A stretch of 64,000 bases of DNA from Dehalococcoidia bacterium (GTDB lineage Bacteria > Chloroflexota > Dehalococcoidia > Lucifugimonadales > CATOSD01), in the NCBI GenBank assembly GCA_965203135.1, contig CBDBBO010000001.1:1780983-1844982 (forward strand), read 5' to 3'. Made by a program: the position numbers and the translations under genes. How positions within the stretch are numbered: position 1 is the stretch's first letter; the number at the start of each line of letters is the position of its first letter. Shown piece after piece: positions 60,111 through 64,000 of this stretch. The notes beneath the pieces are model-generated. The model was not told the origin of the DNA, made no database searches, and was given only the letters and a program-made list of their open reading frames with translations.

Positions 60111-62654
60111 ATGCCAGTTGTTTCGAGGGAACCGGTTTGGTCGGAGTATCGTCGGCCGTGGGGGTACGAGCGGCGCGTGGAGGCAGACGAGTTGTTGGGG
60201 AGGACGCGGACGGCGACGGGCCTGGACTGCGGCACCACCTATCACTTCCGGGTAAGCGCGCGCGGCGATGGTTCGCCGTACTCGACGTCGTTTGGGAGCG
60301 CGTCGGCCAGCGTGTCGGGGGCTACCTCGGCGTGCCCGTCCGCGGCGGTTGAGATCACGCTCGAGCCCGAAAGCCCGTTCGTGGGGCAGGCGGTGAGGAT
60401 GGCGGCGTCCACGACGGTGGCGAGCGGGCAGGCGCCGTCGTACCAGTGGCAGGAGTGGAGCTCGGGCAACTGGGTGAACCTGGGAACGGCGTCGGCGTCC
60501 AAGCAGAGGAGTGTTTCGTCCAGCGCATCGGGGCTGCGGATATTCCGGGTCGTGGTGGCTTATGCTGGGGGAGCGACCTCGGAATCCTCGCCGGCAACGA
60601 TCCAGTGGCGGCCAATGAGCGTGAGCGTGTCGGCGTCTCCCGCGTATCCGCGGGCGGGCGCCGAGGCGACGAGCACGGTTACGCTGACGGCTGAGGCGGA
60701 CGCTCCGTCGGACGCCGTTTACAGGTGGCAGGAGGTGACGTTCAGGGCGACGCCCGCGGCGGCGAGCGGCCCGGCTGTGCTGCACTGGTGGCAGGAGTGG
60801 AGTGGCGGCGGGTGGGTGGACCTTGGGTCCGCGACCACCTGGGACGTGCGCCGGGTGACGTCCAGCGTGTCCGGGTTCAGGACGTTCAGGGTGAAGGTTG
60901 CCTATCTGTCGAGGATAAAGGCGGAGTCTGAGCCTCTGACCGTGGAGTGGCGGCCGGTGGTGGTCGGGGTCACGTCGTCGCCCGCCTATCCGCGGGCCGG
61001 GGCGCCCGCGACGAGCACGGTGACGCTGACCGCCGGGGGAGATGTGCCGTCGGGGGCGGAGTTCCAGTGGCAGGAGTGGCGCGGCAACCGGTGGGCGAAC
61101 CTGGGGGCGGCCAGCGCGTCGCCGACGAAGGATGTGTCGTCGGCTGTGCGTGGCACGAAGAAGTACAGGGTGGTGGTGAGCCACGCGACGGCGTCGACGG
61201 CGGTGTCGGAGGCTGTGTACGTGACGTGGGACGAGTGGGCGATTGTGGCGGACATGATACGCGAGTTGTCGGCGGCGGTTGCGACTTCCACCGATTACAA
61301 GGAGAAGCAAACAGCACTGCTCAGTTGCATGAATGGTCCGGGCGGCGCGACTTCCACAACCTCTACTTACGCCTCCTTCGACGACATCCTGGCAAGGTAC
61401 GCCACGACGACCAAGGCGAAGATGGAAGGGACGTGCAGTACACAGGCGGACACCATGTTCAAGGCGGTTCAAAGACAGTCCCGCATTCAGTTGAATAACC
61501 TCACGAGCGGGACATTCACCGCTGCCTTGCTGTACTCCGGGCTGCTGGAGACGCCGCATGGCAAGCAGTTCAAGGCGAGCGTGGGCGAGCCGCACATCAC
61601 CAAGCTGTTTATCTACCTGCTGGCCTATGAGCCGCCCGAACCGGCCACTGGCTTCGAAGGGGCTTCGGACACCCCGACAACTGTCCAGCGGGCGGGATTC
61701 GACTGTCTCCCCTGGAGCGGTCGAGAGCCTTCAAGTGTGGAGAACAAGATTGCTGTGGTTAACTGCCTTGTGTTCGACACGCCACACAGCTTCTGGGTGG
61801 ACAACGCAGCCGAACTCCATAATCGTATAGACCGCAGTTATCAACGGCGAGACGGTGTATTAGTCGGCCGACTTGACTGGTTGGGTTACGGTGACTGGGA
61901 GTGCACGCTCTGGGCTGACGGCCCGTTACCGACATGTTACAAGCACGACGTGGCTCTTTCGAGTCTCCAGAAATTTGCAGGCGTGTCGTCGAGCACAGAA
62001 GAGATGGACGAGGCTTGGAATCCGAGAAACAAGCATCTGGCAGACGCCAAGGCTATGGCTGACATCGAGAAGTATGATTGTCAGAACCCCACTCTTATAG
62101 CCATCATATTTCCATTTGCCTGCGTATTGCCTGCGGGGACTGGTCCGCTTACCACCGCCGGAGTTATGCACTTTGGAATGAATAAGCTAAACTCCCCCTG
62201 GCCTGTCACAGTGCAGGACATTGAGCATGCTGAGTCAAATCCTCAATACATTCGATGCACTCAGCCAGCGGTGACCAGTCTTGATGAAGTCAGTCACGTC
62301 AAAGAGTCCCGATTCAGGGTGGTCTGGACAATATCAAGAAGCTGTACTGGCACATCTGTCCAACATTCCATTAGAGTGGTGGGATACACAGGGGCGTCAC
62401 CATACGACCGGAATTCACTGACAATCAACGATAGCGGTGCCGTGGAAGATGACGATACCACGAACACTCTCAGCTTTGAATTCGAAGTCCAGGGAGTTGA
62501 TGCTCTCGATAGTGGGACGCCGGTTAGACTAGAAATAACAATTGCAATGCATCCACGCGATGTGGATTATGGTCAACTGCTCGATCCAGTTCTCCCAGGT
62601 GTTTATACATACCCCGTTGCTGTGTTTTCACGGGAGTTTGAGATAGGAAACTGA
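60111..62654 (+). CDS. Cassette P2: FN3 remnant + WQEW repeats + phospholipase A2-like domain; no signal peptide
   Basis: TCYKHDVAL...NKHLADAKAMAD; GDWECT and AWNPRNK shared with P1. Confidence 0.78.
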   Translation: MPVVSREPVWSEYRRPWGYERRVEADELLGRTRTATGLDCGTTYHFRVSARGDGSPYSTSFGSASASVSGATSACPSAAVEITLEPESPFVGQAVRMAASTTVASGQAPSYQWQEWSSGNWVNLGTASASKQRSVSSSASGLRIFRVVVAYAGGATSESSPATIQWRPMSVSVSASPAYPRAGAEATSTVTLTAEADAPSDAVYRWQEVTFRATPAAASGPAVLHWWQEWSGGGWVDLGSATTWDVRRVTSSVSGFRTFRVKVAYLSRIKAESEPLTVEWRPVVVGVTSSPAYPRAGAPATSTVTLTAGGDVPSGAEFQWQEWRGNRWANLGAASASPTKDVSSAVRGTKKYRVVVSHATASTAVSEAVYVTWDEWAIVADMIRELSAAVATSTDYKEKQTALLSCMNGPGGATSTTSTYASFDDILARYATTTKAKMEGTCSTQADTMFKAVQRQSRIQLNNLTSGTFTAALLYSGLLETPHGKQFKASVGEPHITKLFIYLLAYEPPEPATGFEGASDTPTTVQRAGFDCLPWSGREPSSVENKIAVVNCLVFDTPHSFWVDNAAELHNRIDRSYQRRDGVLVGRLDWLGYGDWECTLWADGPLPTCYKHDVALSSLQKFAGVSSSTEEMDEAWNPRNKHLADAKAMADIEKYDCQNPTLIAIIFPFACVLPAGTGPLTTAGVMHFGMNKLNSPWPVTVQDIEHAESNPQYIRCTQPAVTSLDEVSHVKESRFRVVWTISRSCTGTSVQHSIRVVGYTGASPYDRNSLTINDSGAVEDDDTTNTLSFEFEVQGVDALDSGTPVRLEITIAMHPRDVDYGQLLDPVLPGVYTYPVAVFSREFEIGN

Positions 62655-62657
62655 CCA

Positions 62658-63221
62658 TTGCTGCTCATCTATGCGACGGTAGTTTCTGTGATCGGCACGG
62701 CAGTTGCCGTAGTTTCCTTTGGCATACTGTGGACACCACTCGCCGCCATCATTTGCGGACTCATTGCGCGCAAACAAGGGCGTAGTGTCAAGGACTACGC
62801 TCTGGCAGGGGCACTGTACTCTGCGCTGTCTTTCCTACCGTGGGTCTATTTCGTGTGGGATAGGCTGTTGGACAGGCGAACTCCCGGATTTTTCCCGGTT
62901 TCAACTTACTTTGCCATCTACGGACTTGTGTGGCCGGCGTCACCATTTGCCAGCCTGTTCTTATACGCTTCTGCCAACGAACCAATACCTGCGTGGATAG
63001 GAGTTCTAATCACACTTGTCAACCTTGCCAGTGTCGGAACTTGGGCGGTGACACTCTGGTACCTGTATCGGACACATAGTCACTTGCCGCCTGGCGACCT
63101 CTTCATTCATCGTGCGTATTTGGTCCCGTTCGCGTTCCCCCCTATTGTGTTCGTATTGCTTCTAGTGCAGTCAGTGGTCATGACCCTTTATACCACACCT
63201 TCGAACCCCTTCCTCAATTGA
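62658..63221 (+). CDS. Multi-TM membrane protein (candidate immunity for P2)
   Basis: Starts 3 nt after the P2 stop; about 5 TM; IARKQG loop. Confidence 0.72.
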   Translation: MLLIYATVVSVIGTAVAVVSFGILWTPLAAIICGLIARKQGRSVKDYALAGALYSALSFLPWVYFVWDRLLDRRTPGFFPVSTYFAIYGLVWPASPFASLFLYASANEPIPAWIGVLITLVNLASVGTWAVTLWYLYRTHSHLPPGDLFIHRAYLVPFAFPPIVFVLLLVQSVVMTLYTTPSNPFLN

Positions 63222-63229
63222 CTTCGTCG

Positions 63230-64000
63230 ATGAACTGCCCCGCGATAATCGCATACGCAATCGCCTCGCCGTATTCGACTTCCTTCGGCAGCGCGCCGGT
63301 GGGGGCGAGTGTCGGCTCAGTCTCGGCGACAGACCCGGACGCCGACGGTGTTTCCTATTCCATCACCGGGGGCGATAGCGCGGGAGTGTTCGCCATAGGC
63401 GCGTCGGACGGCGCGATCACGCTCGCCAAGAAGCTCGGCGCGGGGACGGCCTCCTACAGCCTGACGGTCCGGGCCGCCGACGGCAGGGGCGGCGCGGACA
63501 CGGCGAGCGTGAGCGTGGACGTTGCGCTGCCGCCCACGATCCGGGCGGACGCCCTTAGGCCGTTCGTGGGGCAGGAGGTGACGTTCAGGGCGACGCCCGC
63601 GGCGGGTAGCGGCCCGGCTGTGCTGCACTGGTGGCAGGAGTGGCGGGGCGGCAGGTGGGTGGACCTTGGGTCCGCGACCACCTGGGACGTGCACCGGGTG
63701 ACGTCCAGCGTGTCCGGGTTCAGGACGTTCAGGGTGAAGGTCTCCTACCTGTCGAGGATCAAGGCGGAGTCAGCGCCCATCACCGTGGAGTGGCGGCCGG
63801 TGGTGGTCGGGGTCACGTCGTCGCCCGCCTATCCGCGGGCCGGGGACGCCGCGACGAGCACTGTCACGCTGACCGCCGGGGGCGACGTGCCGTCGGGGGC
63901 CATGTACCAGTGGCAGGAGTGGGCCGGCAACCGGTGGGCGAACCTGGGGGCCACGACGACCACGCCGACGAAGGATGTGTGGTCGGCCAATCGGGGCACG
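63230..64000 (+). CDS. Cassette P3, partial (runs off window): third copy of the stalk
   Basis: Open frame from ATG 63230: MNCPAIIAYAIA-SPYSTSFGSA-PVGASVGSVSATDPD...; near-identical to P1 57162-57875. Confidence 0.75.
   Translation, partial: MNCPAIIAYAIASPYSTSFGSAPVGASVGSVSATDPDADGVSYSITGGDSAGVFAIGASDGAITLAKKLGAGTASYSLTVRAADGRGGADTASVSVDVALPPTIRADALRPFVGQEVTFRATPAAGSGPAVLHWWQEWRGGRWVDLGSATTWDVHRVTSSVSGFRTFRVKVSYLSRIKAESAPITVEWRPVVVGVTSSPAYPRAGDAATSTVTLTAGGDVPSGAMYQWQEWAGNRWANLGATTTTPTKDVWSANRGT

Noticed and set aside
57162-64000. Diversity-generating retroelement TR/VR pair
   Set aside because: No reverse transcriptase in the window, and the differences I inspected between copies are not adenine-specific

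Overview
GC-rich bacterial window, most likely Chloroflexota (Dehalococcoidia/SAR202-like). That placement is inferred from gene content, and the many LRR/cadherin/FN3/Calx-beta proteins suggest a host-associated (e.g. sponge) lifestyle. Housekeeping blocks: suf Fe-S operon (sufB frameshifted, a PaREP1/HEPN gene, sufC, sufD, sufU, Rrf2 regulator), sppA, D-aminoacylase, PIN toxin-antitoxin pair, DUF1538/PII/CBS operon, tRNA-CAT with a neighbouring RecQ-nuclease fusion, tatD, ccmCDE, HtrA-like protease, ilvD, a reductive-dehalogenase-like protein, rsmG and an MFS transporter. Three things stand out. (1) Two polymorphic cassette arrays built from shared cadherin/FN3 parts: 34.7-51.3 kb has conserved stalks with swapped zinc-metallopeptidase tips plus partner lipoproteins with variable N-termini; 56-64 kb has repeated stalks ending in phospholipase-A2-like domains, each followed by a small membrane protein, with microhomology recombination scars. 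(2) A four-copy dispersed non-coding module: a sigma70 promoter with a LexA-like box over the -10, followed about 130-220 bp later by CCAGCTACG and about three phased 10-bp repeats. (3) A 923-bp transposase-less element with 25-bp terminal inverted repeats and a perfect 9-bp target-site duplication, carrying one copy of that module. All calls were made by eye from sequence and motifs; no database searches were run.
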